From Candidatus Pacebacteria bacterium UBA6180 (GTDB lineage Bacteria; Patescibacteriota; Microgenomatia; UBA1400; PJMF01), in assembly GCA_002422165.1 (NCBI GenBank), contig DITQ01000006.1, forward strand, positions 25,384 to 89,383: a stretch of DNA of 64,000 nt, in the 5' to 3' direction. Made by a program: the position numbers and the translations under genes. Below are positions 37,499 to 46,149 of the stretch, in pieces. Position 1 is the first letter of the stretch, and every line of letters begins with the position of its first letter. The notes under the pieces are model-generated. The model searched no databases, was not told the origin of the DNA, and worked only from the letters and a program-made list of their open reading frames with translations.

Positions 37499-38057
37499 CG
37501 TTTTGTTCCAGTTGCAACCATAAAGTTTTAAATTCCTGGCGAGCACGAAACAAATCCGACTCAACAGCCTTAACGCTGTTGCCTAGTTCTAAAGCGATTT
37601 CTTTGACTTTTTTGCAATCAACATATTTTTTGAGCAGCAGCTCGCGATTTTTAGCCACCATTCTCTTCAACACCAGGCTAACCGCTTCTGCACTAGACGC
37701 CGCATCCTTGTAGTTCTGTTCGAGAAAAAGATCGCTAAGAGGGATGGTCTGAATAAATTTTTTGGCGTAACGCTTGCGGTAATAATCAGCGATTTCGTGA
37801 CGCATGACGCTTTGCATCCAGGTCAAAAGTGAAGACTTACCCTGAAAAAGATTGAGGGTTTGTAGGCAACTAACAAAAGTTTCCTGCACAATCTCGCCAG
37901 CAACCTGCGCCGAAGGCACCTTTAGAGCAGCTAACTGCCTAAGCTTGCTGCGATATTTCTTAAACCAGTATTCGACAGCCAGAGCATCGCCCTTCTTCAA
38001 AGCGGCTACCAGGATAGCTTCATTATCAAAACCAACAAAACGATTAAGCCTGTGCAT
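37485..38057 (-). CDS. RNA polymerase sigma factor, ECF (sigma-70 region 2 and 4) family
   Basis: Region 2 AALKKGDALAVEYWFKKYRSKLRQLA...IVQETFVSCL. Region 4 LLLKKYVDCKKVKEIALELGNSVKAVESDLFRARQEFK. Start trimmed to MHRLNRF. Confidence 0.75.
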   Translation of the reverse strand: MHRLNRFVGFDNEAILVAALKKGDALAVEYWFKKYRSKLRQLAALKVPSAQVAGEIVQETFVSCLQTLNLFQGKSSLLTWMQSVMRHEIADYYRKRYAKKFIQTIPLSDLFLEQNYKDAASSAEAVSLVLKRMVAKNRELLLKKYVDCKKVKEIALELGNSVKAVESDLFRARQEFKTLWLQLEQNDARR

Positions 38058-38181
38058 TTCAATCTCTATTCTACACCATTTGCACCAACTACTTTTGACC
38101 GAGCTTCGCGAGGGAATGTCCGAAGTGGAGACGAAGGACGTGCCTTGCAAAAAAATGTGGTCCGAAATACAATCAAGCTGC

Positions 38182-38592
38182 ATGTTGAAAAATCAACTTT
38201 TTTTCTTGTTTGCTCTCATCTGGTTTGGACTCTCGCTACTTGCTCCTCATCAAGCACTAGCACAAAGCGTGCAGTTTCAAGACACCCAGGATGTGGTTGT
38301 CACTCTTGATGACAAGCTCGTGCTTAAGGATGGCTCGCTGGTCAAAGATGTCTTCAACAGCACCGATGATATCGTCAACCTCTTGGTTGGAGTTTTGTTT
38401 ATCGGCGCAGGTTTTGTGCTCTTCATCATGATGATTGGCGCTGGTTTTGCCATGATCAGTGGTGGTGGCAGCGACAAAGAAAAAGCCAAAACCACTCTCA
38501 CTTCTGCTCTAATTGGCTTCGTCATTATGTTTGCCGCCTACTGGATTATGCAAATTATCCAACTCCTGACGGGAGTAGACATGTTCTTTTAA
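38182..38592 (+). CDS. T4SS-pilin-like small protein, paralog 1 (signal peptide + two-helix hairpin)
   Basis: Signal peptide MLKNQLFFLFALIWFGLSLLAPHQALA-QS. Core LVGVLFIGAGFVLFIMMIGAGFAMISGGGSDKEKAKTTLTSALIGFVIMFAAYWIM. Shares the W.T.GGD..K.E.A+N motif with the next five genes. Confidence 0.6.
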   Translation: MLKNQLFFLFALIWFGLSLLAPHQALAQSVQFQDTQDVVVTLDDKLVLKDGSLVKDVFNSTDDIVNLLVGVLFIGAGFVLFIMMIGAGFAMISGGGSDKEKAKTTLTSALIGFVIMFAAYWIMQIIQLLTGVDMFF

Positions 38593-38614
38593 AATAGTCT
38601 ATAATACACAAGTC

Positions 38615-39034
38615 ATGAAAAAGATCATCTTTAGCACCTTGTTAAGCCTGACACTGATCTTTTTTGCCAGTCAAAGCGTCTTGGCGCAGTCAGTCTTTGG
38701 CCCCATCGAAGCACCTCAGGGCGTATCACAGTTAAATGATGACGCTGGAGGCATCGGCCTACTGCTATTCATCTCCAACATGATCAAAATGCTTTCAATC
38801 GTAGCCGGCATCTGGGTAATGTTCAACTTCGTTATTGCCGGCTTTACCTACATTACTTCAGCAGGCGACAGCGGCGCTTACAGCAAGATTGGAGAGAAGC
38901 TCTCTTTCAGTGTTACCGGTTTATTGCTAATCGTAGCGGCCTACACCATCACTGGCGTAATTAGTCTGCTCATTTTTGGCGACGCCACCTACATTCTCAA
39001 TCCAGACATACCAACTGCAATCCCAGTACCCTAA
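38615..39034 (+). CDS. T4SS-pilin-like small protein, paralog 2
   Basis: Signal peptide MKKIIFSTLLSLTLIFFASQSVLA-QS. Core IVAGIWVMFNFVIAGFTYITSAGDSGAYSKIGEKLSFSVTGLLLIVAAY. Confidence 0.6.
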   Translation: MKKIIFSTLLSLTLIFFASQSVLAQSVFGPIEAPQGVSQLNDDAGGIGLLLFISNMIKMLSIVAGIWVMFNFVIAGFTYITSAGDSGAYSKIGEKLSFSVTGLLLIVAAYTITGVISLLIFGDATYILNPDIPTAIPVP

Positions 39035-39035
39035 T

Positions 39036-39398
39036 ATGGCAAACATCGGCTCCATCGAACCCATCAGCGAAGCAAGAGCTCCAGAGATCGTTAACTCTAC
39101 TGGCGAAGGCTTTCTTGCTTCCCTGGAACTCTACATCGGCGACATTATTGGCGCCTTAACCGCCCTAGCAGCCTTGTTTTTTATCGTGTACTCCTTCTTA
39201 GCCGCTTTCGAGTGGGCTACGGCTGGTGGTGACAGCGGTAAAGTCGAAAAAGCTAAAAACAGATTTATCTGGGGCACACTAGGCCTGGTCTTGATCGTTG
39301 CCAGCTACTCGATCGTTGGTCTAATTGGCAGTTTAGTTGGCATTAGCATTCTAGATCCTGCAGAACTAATTAATAACATTGTTCCTGGAGGACCATAA
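39036..39398 (+). CDS. T4SS-pilin-like small protein, paralog 3 (no N-terminal signal peptide)
   Basis: MANIGSIEP... core LAALFFIVYSFLAAFEWATAGGDSGKVEKAKNRFIWGTLGLVLIVASY. Confidence 0.55.
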   Translation: MANIGSIEPISEARAPEIVNSTGEGFLASLELYIGDIIGALTALAALFFIVYSFLAAFEWATAGGDSGKVEKAKNRFIWGTLGLVLIVASYSIVGLIGSLVGISILDPAELINNIVPGGP

Positions 39399-39890
39399 AT
39401 GACGCTTAAAAACCTCAAAACCCTATTGCTGATCAGCCTTTTCAGTTTGGGTTTGTTTTTGTTAATTGCTCCAGAATCTCAGGCAGCAATTGTCAATCCA
39501 GTGATTGGCGAGCTCGGCACCAACGAAGGCGCTGCTGACGGCAGCAAATTCATCAACTACACCGTTTACCTATGGCGCACCAGCATCAATCTGGGTGCTC
39601 TGGCGGTCATCGCTTTCTTTATCTGGGGAGCCTTCGAATGGCTGACGGCGGGCGGAGACAGCAAAAAAACCGAAACTGCTCGCAGCCGTATTACCAATGC
39701 CATTGTCGGCCTGGTAATTATGGTTGCTTCTTTCACCATCTTGAGTTTTGTCAGCAAGGTTTTCTTTGGCGAAAACTTCGATCTGTTGCGTTTAACTTTC
39801 CCGACTAGAACCGAGGTTCCAGCAGCGGCTCCAGCAGCTCCAAGATGGCAAGATATTCCAGAAGGTTGGAACCCTCTTCAAAATCCATAA
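39399..39890 (+). CDS. T4SS-pilin-like small protein, paralog 4
   Basis: Signal peptide MTLKNLKTLLLISLFSLGLFLLIAPESQA-AI. Core LAVIAFFIWGAFEWLTAGGDSKKTETARSRITNAIVGLVIMVASF. Pro/Ala-rich C-terminus. Confidence 0.6.
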   Translation: MTLKNLKTLLLISLFSLGLFLLIAPESQAAIVNPVIGELGTNEGAADGSKFINYTVYLWRTSINLGALAVIAFFIWGAFEWLTAGGDSKKTETARSRITNAIVGLVIMVASFTILSFVSKVFFGENFDLLRLTFPTRTEVPAAAPAAPRWQDIPEGWNPLQNP

Positions 39891-39895
39891 TTATT

Positions 39896-40237
39896 ATGAC
39901 CAAACAACTCGCTCAACTCACCCTAGACATCGCCAGCGAAGCTCAAAACGTGGGCCTGCAAGGCGCAGAATTTCACGAGAGCAGCGACGGCGGTTTTGGC
40001 GTCTTATTTGGAAGCTTGATGCGCGCGGCAATGGTAATTGCCGCCATCCTCGTTTTAGTCTTTTTGATCTGGGGAGCGATCGAGTGGATCACTTCAGCTG
40101 GCGACAAAGGCAAGGTGGAAAGCGCCCGCAATAAAATCAGCAACGCCGTGGTCGGCATGGTTATATTGGCCGCCGTCACAGCAATTTTTCTAGTCATACA
40201 AGGATGGCTGGGGCTAAACGTTTTGACATTTGGGTAA
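39896..40237 (+). CDS. T4SS-pilin-like small protein, paralog 5 (no signal peptide)
   Basis: MTKQLAQLTLD... core VIAAILVLVFLIWGAIEWITSAGDKGKVESARNKISNAVVGMVILAAV. Confidence 0.55.
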   Translation: MTKQLAQLTLDIASEAQNVGLQGAEFHESSDGGFGVLFGSLMRAAMVIAAILVLVFLIWGAIEWITSAGDKGKVESARNKISNAVVGMVILAAVTAIFLVIQGWLGLNVLTFG

Positions 40238-40284
40238 AAGTTAACTAAAATTATTAGACAGTTAAAAATTATAAGGAGTTAATT

Positions 40285-40689
40285 ATGAAATCAATCAAAA
40301 AGATCGCTCTTGCTAGTTCAAGTGCTGTTGCTGGCTTATTAGCCTACGCCCCAATGGCCATGGCACAACCAGTCATCAATACCATCGAAGCAGGCACCGG
40401 CTATGCCAATAATTTCGGCACCATGTTTAATAGCCTTCTTAACGTAGTTATGCTGGTTGCAGCTCTGCTAGTTTTCGCCTACATGATCTGGGGAGGCGTT
40501 GAATGGATCACCTCTGGAGGCGATAAAGGCAAGGCTGAAAGTGCTCGCAATAAATTAACCGCCGCCATCATTGGCCTGGTCATTGTGGCCGCCTCTTACG
40601 CAATCGTCACGCTGGTCGTCCAATTCCTGGGCTTTAGCAGTTTCGATAACGTTTTCCAAGACATTGGCACCATCAACGACCCTCGATAA
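40285..40689 (+). CDS. T4SS-pilin-like small protein, paralog 6
   Basis: RBS aaggag. Signal peptide MKSIKKIALASSSAVAGLLAYAPMAMA-QP. Core LVAALLVFAYMIWGGVEWITSGGDKGKAESARNKLTAAIIGLVIVAASY. Confidence 0.6.
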   Translation: MKSIKKIALASSSAVAGLLAYAPMAMAQPVINTIEAGTGYANNFGTMFNSLLNVVMLVAALLVFAYMIWGGVEWITSGGDKGKAESARNKLTAAIIGLVIVAASYAIVTLVVQFLGFSSFDNVFQDIGTINDPR

Positions 40690-40714
40690 AGCCAATCATT
40701 TTATACGAATTATC

Positions 40715-40742
40715 AAAGCCCGCTTAAAAAAGCGGGCTTTTT
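40715..40742 (+). terminator. rho-independent terminator after pilin paralog 6
   Basis: aaagcccgctt-aaaaa-aagcgggcttt followed by tttt. Confidence 0.7.
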
Positions 40743-40839
40743 GCGACAAAAAGTCTGGACAGACTTCTTTTGAAATGTGCTAAAATTTATACTTAATTAA
40801 TCAATTATTTATTTCAGAAGAAGTCTTATTTAAAAACCA

Positions 40840-41208
40840 ATGCAACTCGTCCAACAAGCCTACGCTCAAACCCAAAGCTGGGAAGCGATTAATGAGAACT
40901 GCGTCAATTCTGGAGTAGCCACCATTCAAGGCTTGGGCTGCGCTCTAGCCAATGTACTTTCCGTCGCTTTAACCATGCTCGGCATTGCCGCCTTCATCAT
41001 GATTATCATCGCCGCCTTCAACATGATGATTATGGGTGGCAACAGCCAAGCAACAGAAAAATCAAGAAACACCATCACCTATGCTGTGGTGGCCATTGTT
41101 CTCGCTCTCTCGGCCTTCATTATCATCAATTTAATCTCAGATTTCACCGGCATCGAAGCGATTAAAAATTTCTTCATTCCAGGGTCAGGCAAAGATTGGG
41201 GAGGATAA
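40840..41208 (+). CDS. divergent T4SS-pilin-like small protein, paralog 7
   Basis: Two long hydrophobic helices separated by MMIMGGNSQATEKSRNTIT (a degenerate version of the GGD..K.E.ARN loop). Has its own promoter region after the terminator. Confidence 0.45.
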   Translation: MQLVQQAYAQTQSWEAINENCVNSGVATIQGLGCALANVLSVALTMLGIAAFIMIIIAAFNMMIMGGNSQATEKSRNTITYAVVAIVLALSAFIIINLISDFTGIEAIKNFFIPGSGKDWGG

Positions 41209-41265
41209 GCCATTCCAGAAAGCATGACTCAGGTTGATCGTTTTAGAGGCGCCAATTAATCAATT

Positions 41266-41943
41266 TTATTTACCAAACCTTCGCTGTCTCAAAACATACT
41301 CAGCCAGCGCTTTTTCGAACTCAGCTTCATCAAAATCTGGCATCAAGACATCAGTAAAATATAGTTCGGTATAAACAGTCTGCCAGGTCAAGAAGCCAGA
41401 GAGGCGCTGCTCTCCGCCAGGACGGATTAGCAGGTCTGGATCTGGCAAATCAATTTTCTGCTTGGTGTCCATAAATTGCTCGAAGTTTTCCTCGCCTTGT
41501 TGCACTGCCCTCCTGATCTCGTCTCGACCGCCGTAGTTGAGAGCGAAGGTCACTGTCAATTTTTGGTTGTTCACTGTTTCTTTGATCCAAAAATCCACCC
41601 CGTCCTGGATATCTTTTGGAAAACGACTCATGTCGCCAATAACAGCCACTCGCACTTGCTTTTCGTGCAGTCTTTTGGCGCTGGTCTGAAAAGTTTCGCG
41701 AAAAAGATCCATTATTCCAGAAATTTCTTCTGGAGGACGCTGCCAATTTTCAGTACTGAAGGCCCACAAGGTCAAATATTTAATATTCTTGGCAATGGCA
41801 AAATCTGCCAAGCGCTCGATCATTTCCTCAGCAACCTTGCGGTGGCCTCTAATGATGGCCAACCCGTTTTTTCTAGCCCAACGACGATTGCCGTCCATGA
41901 TAATAGCAACGTGAGCAGGAACTAATGAATTTATTTTTTGCAT
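41266..41943 (-). CDS. uppS: undecaprenyl diphosphate synthase (cis-prenyltransferase)
   Basis: HVAIIMDGNRRWARKNGL...GH N-terminal signature and C-terminal RFGK. Confidence 0.9.
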   Translation of the reverse strand: MQKINSLVPAHVAIIMDGNRRWARKNGLAIIRGHRKVAEEMIERLADFAIAKNIKYLTLWAFSTENWQRPPEEISGIMDLFRETFQTSAKRLHEKQVRVAVIGDMSRFPKDIQDGVDFWIKETVNNQKLTVTFALNYGGRDEIRRAVQQGEENFEQFMDTKQKIDLPDPDLLIRPGGEQRLSGFLTWQTVYTELYFTDVLMPDFDEAEFEKALAEYVLRQRRFGK

Positions 41944-42509
41944 ACTTGTTCGATCTTTCTAATTAAGTCTGACTCATCTAAAAACAAATTTAACCAAGGA
42001 GTTATTTGTCTGTCCCCCAGTTGCTTGGCTTTGACATCTGTCCAACTTAGCCAAACATAATTCTCTACTTCGTCTGGGTTTAGATCAATTTTTAATTTAA
42101 CAAAGGCTTTGTCGTCCAAAACAGTCACAAAAAAATGATCGAACTCGTTTTCGGCAAAACCATTTTCGCATGCCACCTGATAATCCAAAACAGCCACCTC
42201 TTCAAGCAGCCAGTTTTCTTGCCAATCGACGCCCAGCTCTTCCTTCGCTCGACGCTTTACGCAAGCGACGTGAGTTTCTTCGGGGATTAAATTGGCGCAA
42301 AGAGTGTTGGCCCATTGCCCAGCACCAACAATCTTTTTACCACTTCGCTGCTGAAGCAAGAGCTTGAGAGAACCATCACTTGAGCGATGAAACAAAAACC
42401 AAGACACAGCCTGGTGTTTTTGACCTGAGCCGCGATGTGCAGAGATGAGATCGACGTGTCCAATCACCTCGTCTCTTTCGTTAACTAAATTTACTTGACG
42501 CATAAGCAA
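41931..42509 (-). CDS. idi: isopentenyl-diphosphate delta-isomerase, type 1 (Nudix fold)
   Basis: HQAVSWFLFHRSSDGSLKLLLQQRSGKKIVGAGQWANTLCANL parallels E. coli Idi [37 protein letters not shown]. Includes the catalytic Cys context. Confidence 0.75.
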   Translation of the reverse strand: MLMRQVNLVNERDEVIGHVDLISAHRGSGQKHQAVSWFLFHRSSDGSLKLLLQQRSGKKIVGAGQWANTLCANLIPEETHVACVKRRAKEELGVDWQENWLLEEVAVLDYQVACENGFAENEFDHFFVTVLDDKAFVKLKIDLNPDEVENYVWLSWTDVKAKQLGDRQITPWLNLFLDESDLIRKIEQVCKK

Positions 42510-42628
42510 ACGCTATTATACTATGATTTTTCTGCAATGTTCGCCCTGCATCTTTCACGACCAAAGGGTCCGAAATTCGCGTTGCATCTTTCGTACCAGC
42601 TGTTTTTTTACAACGCAATTAACATGCA

Positions 42629-42657
42629 TTGTAAAAAAACAGGGTCCGAAATATAAT
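42629..42657 (+). promoter_or_regulatory. sigma-70-like promoter candidate for valS (TTGTAA-17-TATAAT)
   Basis: ttgtaa at 42629-42634, 17-nt spacer, tataat at 42652-42657. This would give a very short leader before the ATG at 42674. The region also carries the direct repeat agggtccgaaat twice (42566/42642) and a 14-bp inverted repeat ctgtttttttacaa/ttgtaaaaaaacag. Confidence 0.3.
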
Positions 42658-42673
42658 CACCAGAGACCAAAGC

Positions 42674-44923
42674 ATGCTAGACAAACAATATCAAGCCAAC
42701 CTCCATGAAGAACGGATTTATGAACTGTGGTTAAAAAACGACTGCTTCAACCCAGACAGCCAGATCAATCAACAGCTGCACCCAAAAAAAAGCGGTAAAG
42801 CCGAGAGCTTTGCTGTCATTATGCCCCCGCCCAATGCCAACGATCCGCTTCATGTCGGCCACGCCATGTTTGTCACTCTCGAGGACGTCATGGTGCGCTT
42901 CGCTCGCATGCAAGGCAAAGACACTGTTTGGATTCCTGGCACCGATCATGCCGGCATCGAGACGCAGTTCGTCTTCGAGAAAAAACTCAAAAAAGAAGGT
43001 CAAAGTCGCTTCAATTTCGATCGCGAGGCTCTTTTCCAGATGATCTGGGACTACGTAGCTGAGAATTCCGCCACAGCCATCGAGCAAATCAAAAAACTCG
43101 GCGCCAGCGCTGATTGGAGTCGGTTCAAGTTTACTCTCGACCCCGACATCGTCGATGCTGTTCTTGATACTTTTATCCAGATGAATCAAGACAAGCTGGT
43201 TTATCGCGCCAATCGCCTGGTTAATTTTTGTCCCAAGTGTGGCACTGCTTTTAGCAACCTAGAGGTGAGTCATAAAGAACAGGCTAGCCCACTCTACTAC
43301 ATCAAGTACGGCCCCTTCGTCTTGGCGACCACTCGTCCAGAGACCAAGTTTGGTGACACCGGCCTAGCCGTCCACCCAGGTGATCAGCGCTACCAGCAGT
43401 ATGTCGGTCAGGAAATTGAGGTTGAGGGTCTAAGTGGCAAATTCAAGCTCAAAGTGATTGCCGACGACTTCGTCGATCCAGAGTTTGGGACCGGTGTGGT
43501 TAAAATCACCCCCTATCATGATTTCAATGACTTCGCTGCCTGGCAAAGACATCAAGACGAGCTCCCACCTCCCATTCAGGTGGTGGATTTTACGGGTCGT
43601 CTAACTGAGGCCGCTGGCAAATACGCTGGCCTCAAGGTTGCTGCTGCTCGTGAGCAAGTCGTCGCCGATCTGGAAAAACAAGGCCTGCTGGTTAAAACCG
43701 ACCTCAACTACGAAAACAACCTTAGCGTTTGTTACCGCTGCAGCAGCCCTATTGAGCCCTTGCCTCTCCCCCAATTTTATATCAAGGTTAAAAACCTAAC
43801 CGAAGCGGTGCTTAAAAAACTAGACGCTGGCGAAATCAAAGTTCACGGCGCAGGGCACGATAAAATCCTTAGACACTGGCTAGAGAAGCTAGAAGACTGG
43901 AACATTAGTCGCCAAATTACCTGGGGCATTCGCTTGCCCATTTGGTATTCGGCTGCCGAAAATCCAGATGCACAGATTACTTTTATCGACCAAGACAAAC
44001 AGCAGCTTTCTGGCCAGCTTAGTGAACTACTCAAAAATCACTCTCTGACAGAAATCAAACGGGGCTTACAAAACATTAGTCCCAGCATCACTGCCAAATA
44101 CGCCGTGAGCAAAACCAGTCCTGGCGAAAACTACCTGCAAGACACCGACACCTTTGACACTTGGTTTTCCTCGAGCCAGTGGCCTTTTGTCACATTGCTT
44201 AAAAACAAGCCAGGCGACTTTGAGCGCTTCTACCCCACTCAAGTAATGGAAACCGCTTATGACATCCTGATGTTTTGGGTGATGCGAATGCTGATGATGG
44301 GTGTTTATAAAACTGGCCAAACGCCCTTCAAAACTGTTTACCTGCACGGGCTCATTAGAGACGCCAAAGGCCAGAAGATGAGCAAAAGCAAGGGAAATGT
44401 AGTCAATCCGATGGAAATCAGTCAAAAACACGGTGCTGACGCGCTCAGGATGGCCCTGGTGATTCGCTCCAGCGCAGGTTTGGACAAATCCTTAAGCGAG
44501 GGCGACTTCAAAGCTGCTCGAAACCTCAGCAATAAACTCTGGAACGCCAGCCGCTTCATTTTGCTTTCCAGAGAGGAAAACGACAACAGATCAAACAAAG
44601 TCGGTCAAAACGACCGCGAGTTCGAAAAAAGAATCAAGAGCGTGGTGGCAGAAATCACCAAAAATATAGAAGCTCTACAACTGGGCGTCGCCAGCGACCG
44701 CCTCTACGACGAGTTTTGGCACTGGTTTTGTGATGAATGTATAGAAGAAAACAAGAAAGGCCTGATCGGTCAAGATTTATTACTAGAAGGCCTCAAGGTT
44801 TTTCTTAAGCTTTTCCACCCCTTCATGCCTTTTGTGACCGAAGCCATCTGGCAAGAGCTCGTTAAAGAGGGTCTAAGCGACGAAAAAATCCTTGCCAGCA
44901 GCCCCTGGCCGGTGTTAGACTAG
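42674..44923 (+). CDS. valS: valine--tRNA ligase (short form lacking the C-terminal coiled-coil)
   Basis: HIGH region PPPNANDPLHVGHA, LWIPGTDHAGIETQ, KMSKSKGN. 749 aa. Confidence 0.8.
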   Translation: MLDKQYQANLHEERIYELWLKNDCFNPDSQINQQLHPKKSGKAESFAVIMPPPNANDPLHVGHAMFVTLEDVMVRFARMQGKDTVWIPGTDHAGIETQFVFEKKLKKEGQSRFNFDREALFQMIWDYVAENSATAIEQIKKLGASADWSRFKFTLDPDIVDAVLDTFIQMNQDKLVYRANRLVNFCPKCGTAFSNLEVSHKEQASPLYYIKYGPFVLATTRPETKFGDTGLAVHPGDQRYQQYVGQEIEVEGLSGKFKLKVIADDFVDPEFGTGVVKITPYHDFNDFAAWQRHQDELPPPIQVVDFTGRLTEAAGKYAGLKVAAAREQVVADLEKQGLLVKTDLNYENNLSVCYRCSSPIEPLPLPQFYIKVKNLTEAVLKKLDAGEIKVHGAGHDKILRHWLEKLEDWNISRQITWGIRLPIWYSAAENPDAQITFIDQDKQQLSGQLSELLKNHSLTEIKRGLQNISPSITAKYAVSKTSPGENYLQDTDTFDTWFSSSQWPFVTLLKNKPGDFERFYPTQVMETAYDILMFWVMRMLMMGVYKTGQTPFKTVYLHGLIRDAKGQKMSKSKGNVVNPMEISQKHGADALRMALVIRSSAGLDKSLSEGDFKAARNLSNKLWNASRFILLSREENDNRSNKVGQNDREFEKRIKSVVAEITKNIEALQLGVASDRLYDEFWHWFCDECIEENKKGLIGQDLLLEGLKVFLKLFHPFMPFVTEAIWQELVKEGLSDEKILASSPWPVLD

Positions 44924-44927
44924 CTCG

Positions 44928-45353
44928 GTGTCAAAATTGCTTTTTTACCCCAGACTCGCCTGGTTGTGCTTCAAACTAACCTTAAACCTGCTGTTTCTAA
45001 GCGTCGAACTCATTCTCGCCGATGTAAACAAAAAATCTTTACAAGGCATAGTTCTCTTCGCTTTGCTTGCGGCCAGCCTTGTCAGCAACCTCTATCTGTG
45101 GCGGCTCAAAAACACTCCAATTGAAACCGCTGCTGAAACCCCAAGCATTTTTTCAACCGAAAACAACGCTGGGCCAACTAAAAAATGGACTCTAAGTCCA
45201 GAACAAGTTGGTGAACAGATGGCGTTTTATCAAAGCTTAGAAGCAAAAGGGGTGCAGAACAAAGCTGTTTTTCTCAACTTGAGCAACATAAGCCTCGCTC
45301 TTGGCGAGAGTGAACAAAGCGAAACATATTTAATGAAAGCATTAAGACTTTAG
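44928..45353 (+). CDS. hypothetical membrane protein
   Basis: 141 aa, two N-terminal hydrophobic helices. Confidence 0.3.
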   Translation: MSKLLFYPRLAWLCFKLTLNLLFLSVELILADVNKKSLQGIVLFALLAASLVSNLYLWRLKNTPIETAAETPSIFSTENNAGPTKKWTLSPEQVGEQMAFYQSLEAKGVQNKAVFLNLSNISLALGESEQSETYLMKALRL

Positions 45354-46015
45354 GCCTCTGACTTCTCTTCTGCCTCAGGCTCTTCTTTCTTGTCTCCTGC
45401 CAATTCTGGCTCCACCAGCTCTCCGGCCACCTCTTCTTCAACCTCCTCCTCGGCTTTTTCTTGGGCCAAAGCTATAACAACCTGCTCGGCAACTTCGTCT
45501 TCAGCCAACACCAAAGCAACCCTGTCACGATCAAAAGCCAAAGAATCCAGGGTGATTTGGTCGCCAATGGCAGCCAATTTGCCCTGATCAACTTCAAATT
45601 TCTCTGGCAAATCTGTTGGCAGCGCCTCAACTTCAATGCTGTCTTTGACCAAAACCAAAACAGCGTTGTCAACGTCAAATTCTCCCACCAACTCAATTGA
45701 AATGTGCGCGCGAATTTTTTCGCTTAGGTTAACTTTTCTAAAAACCACGTGAAGGATATTCTTGCCAAAAACGTCATATTGGACGTCGTCAATTAGGACT
45801 GGAAATTCTCCCTTCTCACCCTCAATTTCTAGGTAAATGATGGCGTTTTCTCCTAGTTTTTTGTAAAGCTTGGCAAAAGCTGAGGCCTCAAACTGCAGGG
45901 CAATTGAATTTTTGCCTGCTTGATACATGTTGGCCAACAACATTCCGGCACGACGCAGCATGGCCGGCTTTCGATCGTCTTGTCTCTTACTAGCACTGAA
46001 TTTTATTTTTTCCAT
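45350..46015 (-). CDS. rplY: 50S ribosomal protein L25 / general stress protein Ctc form (acidic C-terminal extension)
   Basis: MEKIKFSASKRQ...RKPAMLRRAGMLLANMY...LQFEASAF matches the L25 N-domain. Glu-rich tail. Start trimmed to MEKIKF. Confidence 0.75.
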   Translation of the reverse strand: MEKIKFSASKRQDDRKPAMLRRAGMLLANMYQAGKNSIALQFEASAFAKLYKKLGENAIIYLEIEGEKGEFPVLIDDVQYDVFGKNILHVVFRKVNLSEKIRAHISIELVGEFDVDNAVLVLVKDSIEVEALPTDLPEKFEVDQGKLAAIGDQITLDSLAFDRDRVALVLAEDEVAEQVVIALAQEKAEEEVEEEVAGELVEPELAGDKKEEPEAEEKSEA

Positions 46016-46149
46016 AGGCGGCATATTTTAACACAGGATAAATGCGTTGAATAGCGGCTCCAAGATAAAGATAACAAAAGGGATCAAAATAAAAATCAAA
46101 AGTTTACAAACTTGCAGCCAAAAAGGCCGGTCAAGGCAAATAAAACGCC

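Noticed and set aside
37852-38181. Long N-terminal extension of pilin paralog 1 overlapping the ECF sigma gene on the opposite strand
   Set aside because: A clean signal peptide begins at the Met at 38182, and all paralogs are about 110-160 aa. The extension is a Cys/Arg-rich antisense read of the sigma-factor gene.
42540-42673. T-box riboswitch leader upstream of valS
   Set aside because: Direct repeats (agggtccgaaat x2) and a 14-bp inverted repeat are present, but the conserved T-box sequence (AGGGTGGNACCGCG) and a terminator/antiterminator pair are not recognisable. The more parsimonious call is a simple sigma-70-like promoter very close to the ATG.
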